Shown here in pieces: positions 51,871 through 64,000 of a stretch of 64,000 nt of DNA (position 1 is its first letter; every line of letters starts with the position of its first letter). Source of the stretch: Octopus sinensis. Taxonomy: Eukaryota. The position numbers were made by a program, and so were the translations under genes. The DNA lies in NCBI RefSeq assembly GCF_006345805.1, contig NC_042999.1, positions 128,216,001-128,280,000 on the forward strand, read 5' to 3'. The notes beneath the pieces were generated by a model that worked only from the letters and a program-made list of their open reading frames with translations, searched no databases and had not been told where the DNA came from.

Positions 51871-51911
51871 GACAATTACTTTAATGAAACATGTTGTAAG
51901 ATTATTTATCT

Positions 51912-51943
<32 letters not shown>

Positions 51944-53189
51944 AGATGTGTTAGAGACTATTTGGTTCTTGCCGTAAGGGTAAAAAAAAAATTACTGTTT
52001 ATTATTTTCATGCTTTGGAGAGATGTAAAACTGGAAACATCAATGTAGACATGTTGGTTTGGAAATATTTACTTTTTGATCTGAACACCTCTGAGAAGCT
52101 AGGTCTTCTACCTATTAGCTTTTGTCTATTAGCTTCAAGGAACAATTAAATACAAGTTTCGGTTTATAACATATTTAAATAACTCAGACAAATGAATGCA
52201 TTCAACTTTATCTGTTGTTCTTGTCAACTACTTGGAAAAGCCACTTCAGGCCGTTCTGAAATTGGATCGAGTATTGACATAAACATAGACGATTCTCAAA
52301 GATACTGGTGTATGCAGAGCAAATAGACACACTTGTACAAATACTTCATGTTCTTTTGGATTACTGTCTACATTTATTTTGATTTTGCTTCCTCTCTACT
52401 ATCACATTTCCCATTATTTCAACTAAGCTCAATTTTTCTCCTCTTCCTTCAACTCAGTTCAATATCTTTTTTTTCTCCTTTCCATCTCAACTCAATTTCT
52501 GTTCTCTTCCTTCCACTCAGCTCACTGTCTTTCCTCTTCCTTCAGTTCAGTTCAATTTCTCCCCTTTTCCTTCAACTCAACTTTTACTTCTCTTTCTTAC
52601 ACACAGCACCATTTCTCCTCTCCCCACATTATTTTGCTCAACTTTGTCTCCCTTCCCCTTCATCTCTAAATGTGTAAGTCCACTCTATGTATGTGTGTAC
52701 CTCTCACACCTTCCATTTCATATATAACATCCTCGTCGTCGTCGTCGTCATCATTGTCATCGTCATCATCATCATCATCATCATTTTCATAAAAATTATA
52801 CCTGTCAAGTACAGATATGGCTGCATAGTTGCAGGCATGACTGTTTGGTTAAGAAGTTCAATTTTTAACCACGTGGTTTGGATTTGTCCTTCTTCCTAAG
52901 CCATCCTGCATCTTCCACCTCAACACCTATATCCCAAATGATTTCCAATGCTATACAGTTCGCACCATATGATCCCTTTATTTGTTTCAGGCATGTACCA
53001 GCTGCCCTTCATTGGCTCCTCAGCTCACACTCTCTCCAAGACCTCTCACATAATTGCCATCGTCTTCTCTTCCACTTTATCACCCCAGTCCACTCTTGCT
53101 TGCCGTTTGAAGTCGCTACATGACATTGGGTACTATCCTGTGACAGGATAGTGACCCACCAATTTCCTGCACATGGAGAACAGCCCTCA

Positions 53190-54991
53190 CCTATTCATAT
53201 CCTGATTTAGGTCCAGTGCAATTAAAGATAAGACACATGCTTCTTCAATTCCCTGAAGTCCAGTGCCAGTTGAACCTTATTCTCTGTTGGTCACACCACA
53301 ACCATCTATGGCAGAACACCACTCATTGCCTCCTCTCTCCATGGCATCATAATGCCCTCGTCTCTCTCTTGAGCTCAAACCTGGCTTCTCCTTTTAGCAT
53401 GTGCTCATAGCAACTCACCCTAATTTCTAGTACAGGAGGCGTTCTTGTTTCCACTAGTATTCTACTGTCCATCTTTCACTGTTGAACTTAACATGGAAGT
53501 CCTCATCTCCAATTGTGCCTATTGTACTTCCTCTTTCTGCTGGTAACCTGTCACTCTTACAGCCTTCTTCCTCCACTCCATGCTCACAGCACACAAATTT
53601 TACTCCTGTTCTGCCAACTGTCACACTGCCTGATTGTGTGATCACATCCGTTCTGACTACTATGTTGATGCTGTCCACCACCCCATCAACTACAATCCCT
53701 TCTAACTTCAACACTGACCCCTGTGTCTCCAGTTCCACTTCACTGATGTCTCTATATTTGATCTCCCTGCCATCCACTGCACTGAGACTGATGTTTCCTC
53801 TTCAGCTCTCAACCATTCTCATGGTTACAGGGTGGTTGTACAAACCATGTCCACAAGGGCTCATGCTTCCCTCACCTCTAGCATAAGCCTCACTACAGGC
53901 AACGAATAGTGGTGTGCCTTCAATTGGTCGTGGAGGGAACTGGTGATGCAGTAGTTCCCTTCTTCTCATTTCCCTGCTTGCAATAGTTCCTGATGTGCCC
54001 AGGTTGGCCATATCAGTAATACACTACCATTGGTTTAGGTTCTGCACATACTGTGACCATGTGCAGACCTCAACATCTGAAGCATAATCCTTTGGCTGTT
54101 TTCCTCACCAGCCTCTTGCTGTCGTTGTTTGTTGCCTACCTCTTCATTCTTCTTGTATCCGCCATTACTGTTGCTGCTATGTTGTGTGTTGTTTTGTGTC
54201 AACAACCACATTTTATCCACCATTTCTCCTACTGACATCATTTTGATGTCTGGCATCTGCTGCAGAGATATGGTCAGAGAAACCCGTCACAAAAGTCAAC
54301 TTCACCATCCTCTTCATCGCTGCTTCAGTAAACCCTGCTAAGCCTACCAGCTTTCTAATCCAGTAAACCCTGCTAAACATGCCAGCCTTCTAATTTTGTT
54401 CATGTAGTCATTTATCTGCTCGCCCATCCAACTTATTCTCCTGAGGTTATTGTAGGCTTTAAAAGCATCCTCCATGCATGCTTCCTTCAGTTGCTCTTCA
54501 ATCTTTTCAACTTTCTTCAGGTCCACTTTGTCTACTTCCATGTACAGATTCAGTGCATTGCCTTCTAAGTACAGCAGCATAAGGCTAACCATATCTTCTG
54601 TACTCTACAGCTTTGCTACAAGTTTCACCTTTTTTATTCTCAACACATCACTGTTAATTCTGACTTTTGTGGCTATCGCATGTTGGTGGTCGGGAAGGCT
54701 GGAGTGTAAACATGAGGAGAACACAGATTTGAAGAAGAAAAACACAAAAACTATAACTCCCTGATGTATCTTCATGACTGATAATGATGAGCCAAAATAG
54801 CTTGTTGTTGAAAAGCACGAAATAAAGTTGCTCATACCTCAAGTTGCAATCAGTGACAATCACTCCAAATGTCTGGTCACAAGAAAAACCAGCCAGATCT
54901 CAATCGTAATATGCATCAATTCAGTAGATTCCTTGCCAGCTAGGACCACTACACCACAACTGCTAGCAGTGTACAACTTGCCTCACACACA
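53190..54991 (-). mobile_element. Ty3/Gypsy remnant: putative LTR, gag, protease, RT start
   Basis: KKVKLVAKL..LYLEGNAL..RRLACLAGF (gag); decayed CCHC knuckle (YGQPGHIRNYC); ALVDMVCTTTL (protease); VQLALDFRELKKHVS (RT). Putative LTR 54681-54991, TG...CA. Confidence 0.8.
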
Positions 54992-56289
54992 GACCTCATA
55001 AAAAAGAAGCTGTCTTTAACTTGTTGTTTGCAGATGTGACATCATCTCATTTCCCTTCCGGTCCCTTTGTGACATCACTCCCTCTCCCTTCTGGTCATTC
55101 TTCCACAATCTCACCATGCAACATCCTTGGTAAATATCTTCTACTATAGCCCTAGGCCAACTAATGCTTTGTGAGTGGATTCGATAGACAGAAACTGAAA
55201 GGCCATTGTACACACAACCATATACACACACATACATGTATGATCTATATGTTTGTGTGTGTGCACATGAGTGTTTGCTGTGTACTTGTTTAGATTTACA
55301 CTTCTTTAAAGCTTGCAGAGCTTGCACTGACATTATTGCCATTTCCCCTGCTGTCAGCAAATCATCCACTGACTTTATGCCTTCAAAAACTTGTGGAATC
55401 CCTTATTTGAAAAACAGATAAAGGTAAGTGACAGGAAGGGCATCTGACTTGCAAAACAATGCCTCAGTGGTATATCTGCTAACCCATGCTTGCACAGGGA
55501 AACAATGGATATAAAATCTAAAGGCAGAATAATCAACACCTATCCAATTCAGTTAGTTCAACAAAGTTAACAGTCAGCTGTGGCCAAGAATTTTCCTTCT
55601 TAGATATTGTAATATTAAAAAAGAGAAAAGAAATAGAAACAGAAACAACTTCATCACAGGGTAACATTACATAGCTGTTAAAACTTGTTAGAAACAGCAG
55701 TCAAATTTCCTTTTAGCCATATTCTATTTTCATAAAAAATCAACAGACACTTCAGATAATGTAGTCCTAGATACACCTAAATGTGGTGATGGCTCATCAT
55801 AAATCTGTTTGATCAGGACTAACTTGGAAGTAAATAACGATTATAGTATCAGCAACACAGACAAAGCCTAAATTAGAGAGAAATAGATATTAGATTTATT
55901 TTTAGTGAAATATATTCCTAGTGGCAGTGCTAAAAATACTGTTGGTTTTCAGTATGAAACAATGCAGCATGCGTTTCAATAAAGATCATATATTGATTAT
56001 TATTATTATAGTTTTTGTTGTTAATATTATTAATATTATTTATTCTTTTATATTAATGCTCTTGTGCAGTCATTATATGACTATTCTTATATTTTCCTTT
56101 AAATGTAGTTAGACCTTGTAGGGTAAAATGAGAATGTTTTTATAGGGAAAGACTATGAAGAAGACATGACTAAGTGATGTCTCTCAAATGTTTCAACCAA
56201 CTATAATACATGAATAAAACAATTTTATCGGTTACAAACTGTAGGAAATAATTTAAAATTTTATAAATTGGCTCATCATAAATTTCATT

Positions 56290-56630
56290 ATGGGGGAACG
56301 TGAAGGCCAGTTGACATTGCTGTAACAGGAGATTATTCTCTCTCTAAAGCACTCCTGTAGCAACTGCATTGTCTCTCTTGTGGTATGAACTGTTGCCCCA
56401 TCTTGTTGGAACCATGTATGAGGTCTACTTTGAATGGCCTTCACATTTCTCAGACTTGACTAGTCTGGATTTTTTCTGGTGGGGATACCTGAAAGAGAGG
56501 GTTTATGTCAACAAACCAGAGACCCTGGTGCAAAGAAAACATTAATAGAGAAATCAGAGAAGTGGGGTCAGAATCTCTTGAGGGTATTATAGTGCAAGTC
56601 TTGGAACGAGCACAGGTGTGCTAAGCCAAA
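56290..56630. mobile_element. Tc1-like transposase remnant with internal inversion
   Basis: WFQQDGATVHT...NWPSRSP on the minus strand (56434-56290); WPS..SDLTSLDFFWWGYLKERVYVNKP on the plus strand from 56435. Confidence 0.85.
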
Positions 56631-56934
56631 AAAGGTTGCTAATTAAGCAATGTTATATACGCACATACACATATATATACACACATACATACATATATAC
56701 ATGTATATATATATGCATACATATACACACATCCACACACATATATATATACATACATATACATACATACATATATATGTATATATATCATATATATGCA
56801 TGTATGTATGTATTATGTATGTATATATGTATATATATTGAGTGAAAGGTCATAGCCCACCAGCCATTGGGGTCTGACAAGACGTTGTAAAGCTAAGCAC
56901 TTTATGGATGTGAAATCCTGGGTAACTCTATAAT

Positions 56935-57715
56935 CCCATCTCATCTAGGTCGTCCCATAGGATGCCCCAAGACTGTTTCCACACGTTTCCCCATTCATCT
57001 TGATCTTCCATAATGGTCCTCAGCTCCTGTACCCCTTCCATACCAGTATCTTCCAACAAGTTGTCGATATATGTCGTCTTCCTCCTTGCTCTCTTGGTTC
57101 TTCCTTCTGTTGGTTGCCAGAGCACTAGCTTGTTAGCAATTTCATTGGTGTGTCTGATGCAGTGTCCACCTAGCCTCATCCTTCTATGCTGTATCTTCAA
57201 TGTTACTTTTGGTAGTCCCTGGTATAAGTCGGCGTTTGTTGTATGACTCTTCCAGGAGACATTGAGTGCCATTCTAAGCATCCTTGTATAACAACCGTCC
57301 AACTGTTTCTTCAATGCTTTAGTGAGCATCCGTATTTCAGCCCCATATAGAAGAACAGACTCCACTGTTGCCAGAAACAACCTCACTTTCAATTACCTTG
57401 TTAACTTTGAACTCCATATCTTTCTTAATTTTTGGCATGCACTCCAGGCAAGAGCTTTCCTTGCTACGATGTCTTTTTCAGTAATTTGTGTCCATGCACC
57501 AAGCTATTTGAAATTTTCAACTACCTTGAGCGACTTACCATCTCTCACTTTTGCTGACACAGGTATTTCATGGTTGAATACTTGTAGCTCTGTTTTGTTT
57601 GCAATACAGTACACTCCTCCTTTCCCCGATTCCTGCTCTAGTCTACTCAGCATCTCCTGTGCCTGATCTGTCCTTTCTTTTAGTAATGCCAGGTCATCAG
57701 CATAAACTGACCATA
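56935..57715 (-). mobile_element. 5'-truncated RTE-clade LINE (RT C-terminus to 3' end)
   Basis: YADDLALL motif; frame runs to RLFLATVESVLLYGAE...RRMRLGGHCIRH with only about 2 stops; GATGAGATG tail. Confidence 0.9.
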
Positions 57716-59367
57716 ACTATCTTTATCAAAATATATACTGTATACGCTGGTGTATAATATGATTGGGTGTACAAGACATCACCCAGGATTTCAATTTAAA
57801 AAGTGGGTTTTGGGCTATACTTGCCGTACAAGACTGCCCCAAGTTTTCATGCATGCATGAGTGCACACACACTCACACACATGTAAATCAAATGAGTGAG
57901 CATGGAAACTAGTTAATAGAAAAGATCAACTCAACACAGAAAACTTCTCATTAGCTGTGGAGTCCAGAATCAAAGTAGTTTTGGTGCATTTATTTCGCAG
58001 TACTATGTGCCTGGAGATCACCAGTGATTATAAACATTACTGAGGTGGAAGACAGTAGAATCAAAGGCATGTAAACTTAAAACCCAGAGGACAACTTTAT
58101 ACAAGGGAAATAAAAATTATGAGCAAATGGATACAAAGTAATACAGGTTATTTAAAAGAAATGTAGTCTTTTGATAAGGCAGAAATGCATGTTTTGAAAT
58201 TTCTGATTGAGAAATAAATGTAAGTAAAATCATAGCTCTTTCTTAATCCCATTCATCAGAAAATAGCTGATATTAAACAAGTCTTTCACAAATAAATCAG
58301 TAAATTTTCAAATCAATACTCAGGTCCAACTTCAATTTCACACACTAAGGAAGTAAAAAGACCAATTTTGCTTTTGTATGCTTTCTTTTGTAAATTCTAT
58401 GTTTAACTTCATACAAGTTGAAATGACATGAGAAAATTGTGCATAGGAAAATTAGGAAATAAATGGATTCCTTGGAAGGTGTTGAGATATCTGCAATTTA
58501 CTTGTTAATAAGAAATTTACATTTGTATATTAAGTCTTGTTCATATATTTATTTCTCAAGAAATACAATGTCTTTCTTTAGGTTCAGTACAGCATAATGG
58601 AATCATGCTGTTGTATGAAGTTGCACAACATTGTCATGCAAATCGCTTTTGTTATTGTTGTTGTGATCATTTAAGTATTTCTTAAGGTTTTAAATTTAGC
58701 GGGATTCTAAAATAGATTCTTGGCAATTGAGATGTCAAAAAAAAATGTTACTGTTGTTGATGATAACGATGATAATGATGATGATGATGATGTTGATGAT
58801 GATAATGATGATGTTGACCATAACAATAATGATGTTGATGATGATAATGATGATGTTGACCATAACAATAATGATGTTGATGAATAGTACTTCATCATCC
58901 AATAGTCTACAGTATGTAACAACACTTGTCAGTTCTAAATGTTAGCTACAAAGAAACTATTCATATTTAAGAATGTGCCTGTCCAAAATGTCAAACTTCA
59001 TTTCTCCTTTTGACATAGAATTTTATGTTTAAAAATTTTTTTGTTGGTGTTGTGGTTGCTATCACCAAAATTCTTCAGACACTCAAGTTTCCTTTTGCTA
59101 TTTGCAAAAGAAGGCAGATTGATGGTTTGCTGTTAGTGGAATGCAAGCTAAAACTTGATCAACTCCAGCTGGGTCAATTAGGCAAGTGTCTGATTTTGAA
59201 AGACCCAAAATACCTTGAGACCTCACTGACGATTCATCACTGAGCGTCTGTGGGATGTGTATCTTGGACCCTGGACCCTAAGTCAGAGGGTTACGTAAGA
59301 TAAAATTTGGAATGGAGAATCAAAGCACATCTACACCCTAACTTATCAAAGTGTTCACATCAAGTAA

Positions 59368-59768
59368 TCTTTATATATAAAGCTGAAGTTGTCTGTGTGT
59401 GTATGGCAGGTTTGGTAGCCTTCAACTAACACTATCTCCTCCAAGACCCTGCAGTGCAAGTTGACCAAAATTGAGAGTATGATAGAAGAAGGCTTGCTCT
59501 TCATTCTGTAGAAGAAAAAAATTCACATCGGATCATGCTAAGACCAGAAAATATTTACATCAAAAAGGTGCTTTTTTTCTATGAAAATCCCTATTTTTTA
59601 CGATTTTTTGACTGCTGTGTCGCCATTTTTCAGTGTATTTCAACCAGAAAAATGTTCACTTAAAGAGAACAACAAGCTACATAATGCAAAATTTTTACTT
59701 TTCAAAAATTCCAATTCTAAAGGGTCAAAAAGAAAACAAACCCGAGCAACGGTGGGCCATACTGCTAG
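59368..59768 (+). mobile_element. Non-autonomous Helitron (401 bp)
   Basis: A|TC...CTAG|T termini, no TSD; subterminal hairpin CCCGAGCAACGGTGGG at 59741-59756. Confidence 0.85.
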
Positions 59769-61270
59769 TTACAATATAATCCTATTTTCCTGTAAAGAAT
59801 GGAAACATTCCTGTCCTTTGGTTCATTAACTACAAATGGAGGCATTCTCGAAGCTGACTTTAGATTGATGCCTAGGAGAAACAGAAACCACCTTTGGCTG
59901 GTTCTATAAACTTTTCTGGGATAAGAACTTATCAATACTTAGGTTTTCTTCTGGCTCTTTACATTCTGAGTAAAAATTCTGCTGAAGGTGACTTTAGCTT
60001 TCATCCTTTCAGGATAGAAAAAAAACTATATAATCAACTGCATTGCACTAGAATTTGAAACCATTAGTTTAGAGAAGTTACAACATAAAAAAAAAAAACA
60101 AAAAAAAACATGCATGCATTGCTGATAGAGGCTTCACTTCAAGTATGTTCTTAAGCATACTCATTTCCATTTTGGCATATCTAAAATAATTTGGGACCTG
60201 AGATGAGAAACCTGGATGAGAAATGTGGCAGAAATGAATCTTGGATCCTTAAAGTGCCATAAAGCTAATTGCTTGAGATAAGACATCAAATATCATTTAT
60301 AGAAGACTGGACCATGAGGATTGCTTCTATATTTCATAAATCCACGTTTTATACAATTCTAAGAAAATGAAAACTTAGATGATTGTTTCTGAAGAAGAAG
60401 CAGATATTTACTTAAAACACAGGGGTTAAGAAGATTCCTCCTCATCTCACCAATTTTTCTGTGTGTTTTAGCCTTTGATTTCTTATGCTGTAAATAAGTT
60501 TTACAACTGAAAAATCAATTCAAGTATCTGCAGTGACTGCAAGAGAAGATGTTTTAATACAAATTTCTTTCTAACACAAATCTCTTGTCTGCGAAATGAG
60601 GTCTGCCTATTTAAAGTGAGCTATCATGGTGTTTTGTTCATTGTTAGATGCTCTTATTTTGCTTCTTTTTTTCTTTTATTTAAGACATTGTGAGAAAGTA
60701 ATATTTATCTCAACTTAAAGATGGATGTTCTGTTAGAACAAACTATACTGTGGTAGATACCATGAGAGAAATTCTCATACTGGCTTTAGGTGCTAAATGC
60801 ACCCTTGCTTATATCACTTATAGGGAGATAAATCCCCACCACCTCCAGTGCCAAGACCACCAGATCATGTGATTTTGACCTTCTTTGGCACTGTCAGTGA
60901 TGGACGCTTGACTGTTAGAGATGTTTGAATAGAACATCCTCATTTAAGTGGGGATAAGTATTACTTCTCAGTATTAATACTCTCTCTGTCACTATTATAC
61001 ATTGTCAAGAAGGACCAGCTTTGTAATTTAGAATATTAAGTCTGTAAACTCCACAGAGTTGAAAACAGGGTTTAATACACTGCCTTGTATAAGCCGCCAC
61101 CTGATCTTTAATGTCTTTAGAGTTCACTTTGGAATAAACATTTGGACCAATCTCTTGGTAGACATTATTTCACACATATTCAAACCAGGCATTAACTCCA
61201 TAAGTTTCATTCATCCATGAGTATCTGAAAAGATACATGAGCTCTACCACTTCTCCTTGACTAACTTTAA

Positions 61271-61486
61271 CTCTTTAGCATTTAGGTTATTTTATAAAGC
61301 ATAATGCCTATTTATTCAAATTGTTTGGAATTAATCATGCATTATCTCACTGCTTCTAGATTTCAATGATGTGATAGTATATTTTTAGAATGTCATTTTA
61401 TGGTAGATATGAGAGGTCAAATTTGGTCAGTTTGGACTTAAGACAGGGAGTTTGGGATTGATATGGTTAGTTTAAATGCTAAAGGA
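61271..61486. mobile_element. piggyBac-type MITE
   Basis: TTAA|CTCTTTAGCATTT ... AAATGCTAAAGGA|TTAA. Confidence 0.8.
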
Positions 61487-63434
61487 TTAAAAAAGAAAAA
61501 AAAAACAATCCAGTAATCTTATTTTGACAACCAAGTGTATCTGCTACCCTTCACCTGCATAATTTAAAATATTAGCCAAAATTGATTCTAAAAACACCCC
61601 TTTTCCTTTTAAATATAAAAAAAACAAAGCTTCAAGCCTATACTGAGACCAGCAATCAAAGAACATCTCAGTGTAGCTCACTGGGATTTTGCAAGTTGTA
61701 GTAATTAACATATTTTCTTTTCATAAATGATTTCTTACAAAGTCAGAACTTTTGTACAGTGGGAACACTTAGTTATAATGATCCCACATTTTTTATTGAT
61801 ACCCATGGAAAGATGAAATGTAAAGTTGACCTTGGATTTCAACTCAGAACATAAAGTGCTGTGTAGGGTCAATAAAATTCTTTAGTCTTGTTTTGTCAAG
61901 AACATGGCAACATATCTAGTGTGGGGTGCCACATTGAACTGCATCTAGCATACCTGATAAAGTCGTTTGTGTTAAAAAAGGTATACAGCCATAGAAACCA
62001 TGCCATAGGAAAATACACAAGTGAGATGTGGTCCTCACTTGTAGAAGGACTTCTAGATGTGGGGGCCACATCTAGAAGGGCAGTCACTCTGAATATAAAA
62101 TTGATTTGGACAATGATGATGATGATGATGTTTTCATTCAATGTTTTAATAATTCTGATCATCCATTGCACTTGTCAAATCTACTGTGAATCCAGTGAAC
62201 TTTCTCTTCCTGTCTTTAGGTAGAAATAGTACACTTAACATAGTTGCTCTTACCTTGACTCTAATCTATATGTAACTTACAGTGTAGTCCTAGAAACAAC
62301 ATTGTTCATGTAGTAAACTATGAAATTCTTCCATTCTCTCAATTTCTTGTAATTCAAATCGCTTCATAGTCCCAGTAGACGAAATAGAAAAGGCATTGTT
62401 CTGGTGGATGGTGAGGAAGATGTGCTGGAACTTATGTAAGTGAACTTGTTTGTATGTAAGTGAACTTAAGTGTGTATGTGTGTATTCACATATTCATGCA
62501 TACACACTCACTTCCATAAACATGTGCATTTGCACACATTACTCTGATCAGTTTTGAACTAAAGATTCAAATCAACCAACCTTCAGAGAAATAATAATTA
62601 ATTCAACGTCTGGAAACTTGAACTCCAAACTTTATACATCTAGTCCTGACACTGTAAAAGTCCTATACAATAATAATCCAAGGAAAAGAAGATCAAATTA
62701 CCAATTCTCTTTAATAATAATTTGCTTGTAATATAATCCAAAAATCAATTGAAGATTGCCTCGTGTAATATTTATGGCAATTAGGTAAGTATTGAAACAT
62801 TTCAGAGATTCACAATATTTCATCATTTTGAGTGATTATAAATCCATTGAGTAGCTTAATTAAACTAAACAATTTATCTGATTCTATTGTGGTAATGGTC
62901 ATCAGAATTAGCACTGAGACAGACATTTTGTCTTCAATAAAGTCCAAAGAAATTCTTGCTGTAAATTTGATTTTTCTTCATTATTAATGAAATAAATAAA
63001 TAAATAAATAAATAAAAATGAAGTTATTTTCGCTTAGCGAAAAAACAAGAACAAGACAAAAACAGAAACAATAAAAGAAAACTCCCCTTAATTGGCATAA
63101 GTCGTCATTTAATAAATTGTAGCAGTGAGATTAGTTTAATTAGCCCAGTTATTATTTACATTGTCCTGGATTGATAATTATGTGAAGAGGTAAAAATATA
63201 ATAGTGTATTGACTCCATGAATAAATTAATTTGATAGAAGACAATTTTTTTTATTAAAAGTAGGTATACATGTTAGGAACAATCTTAGTTGAGTTGATAT
63301 GACATTCACCATAGAATTGGCAAATCAAAAGTTCAAATCTCACAACCAATTCTAATTTTTTTAAATTCTGCATCTAGCACTTTATTACTTTTGTGCTATC
63401 TTGGGAAGGTTGTTATGCTTTTAATAAACACATG

Positions 63435-63763
63435 CACTGGTTCAGTTTCACTTCTTTACCATTATTAATCAATTAGTTATTTAACCAACTAACTAATTGA
63501 TTGTTTGATTATTTATTCAGTTAATCAATCAAAAAGTTGTGTTTGTCAAAGTCCTTTCATTGCCATTGCCAACCTCTTCAATGATATGCCCTCTCTTCTC
63601 TAGGTCCACTCCTGGTCTGTCATTGAAGAGATTGCAATTGTCAACATATTCACAATTGATAAACATAATTGATTAACCAAATGATTACTCAAACAATTGA
63701 TTAGTAAGCTGGTTAAACTCTTAACCAATTTATGAATAACAAAGAAATGAAATAGGACCAGTG
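63435..63763. repeat. Degenerate fold-back element (~150-bp arms, ~30-nt loop)
   Basis: Outer CACTGG/CCAGTG and inner CTCTTCAATGA/TCATTGAAGAG pairs, with colinear complementarity between them. Confidence 0.75.
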
Positions 63764-64000
63764 TGTGAGTATATTATTGGTATAGTGACCCTCTCAAGGC
63801 AAAAACAAAACCTGTTTCAACACATGAGTATAGTCACTAAATTTTCTAAATTTCCCAAATGACATGCTACTATCTTAACTGAAGAAAGGTATACTTGATA
63901 ATATTATCTTTGATAGACTATACCCAGAAAAAAATATAGAATTTTGATGGTTAAAAGTTCTTTGATTTGATCATAGGTCTGTTTAATTAAATCCAACCCA

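Noticed and set aside
59226-59232. Plus-strand CTGACGA
   Set aside because: No downstream GAAA or helices.
60700-61260. Peptide-like minus-strand stretch (NETYGVNAWFEYV*NNVYQEIGPNVYSK)
   Set aside because: In-frame stops and no recognisable family; at most an unclassifiable decayed repeat.

Overview
Repeat-rich, CpG-poor, microsatellite-laden eukaryotic DNA. The repeat families look like octopus/cephalopod repeats, but that is an inference from recalled families and was not searched. One protein-coding gene is recognisable: the 5' half of a high-affinity choline transporter (SLC5A7/CHT1) on the minus strand. It has four coding exons (38920-38746, 6115-6008, 3272-3117, 771-623) with canonical GT-AG sites and a 32.6-kb first coding intron. 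The gene continues off the left end, and its non-coding first exon lies somewhere above 38967 (candidate near 48.3-48.5 kb). The rest is decayed mobile DNA: at least three tRNA-type SINE families, RTE and RLE-type LINE fragments, a Penelope-like remnant, two Ty3/Gypsy remnants, mariner/Tc1/pogo/hAT remnants, piggyBac- and hAT-type MITEs, and a small Helitron. The most interesting items are: (1) a near-complete minimal type I hammerhead ribozyme motif at 3424-3506; (2) a CpG-rich ~360-bp tandem array (about 6.4 copies, 16956-19249) joined to a young RTE 3' tail and sitting inside a split SINE, suggesting a satellite-LINE chimera; (3) several fold-back or inverted duplications and a short templated insertion. 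Repeat boundaries are approximate unless a TSD or terminus is quoted. No database searches were run.
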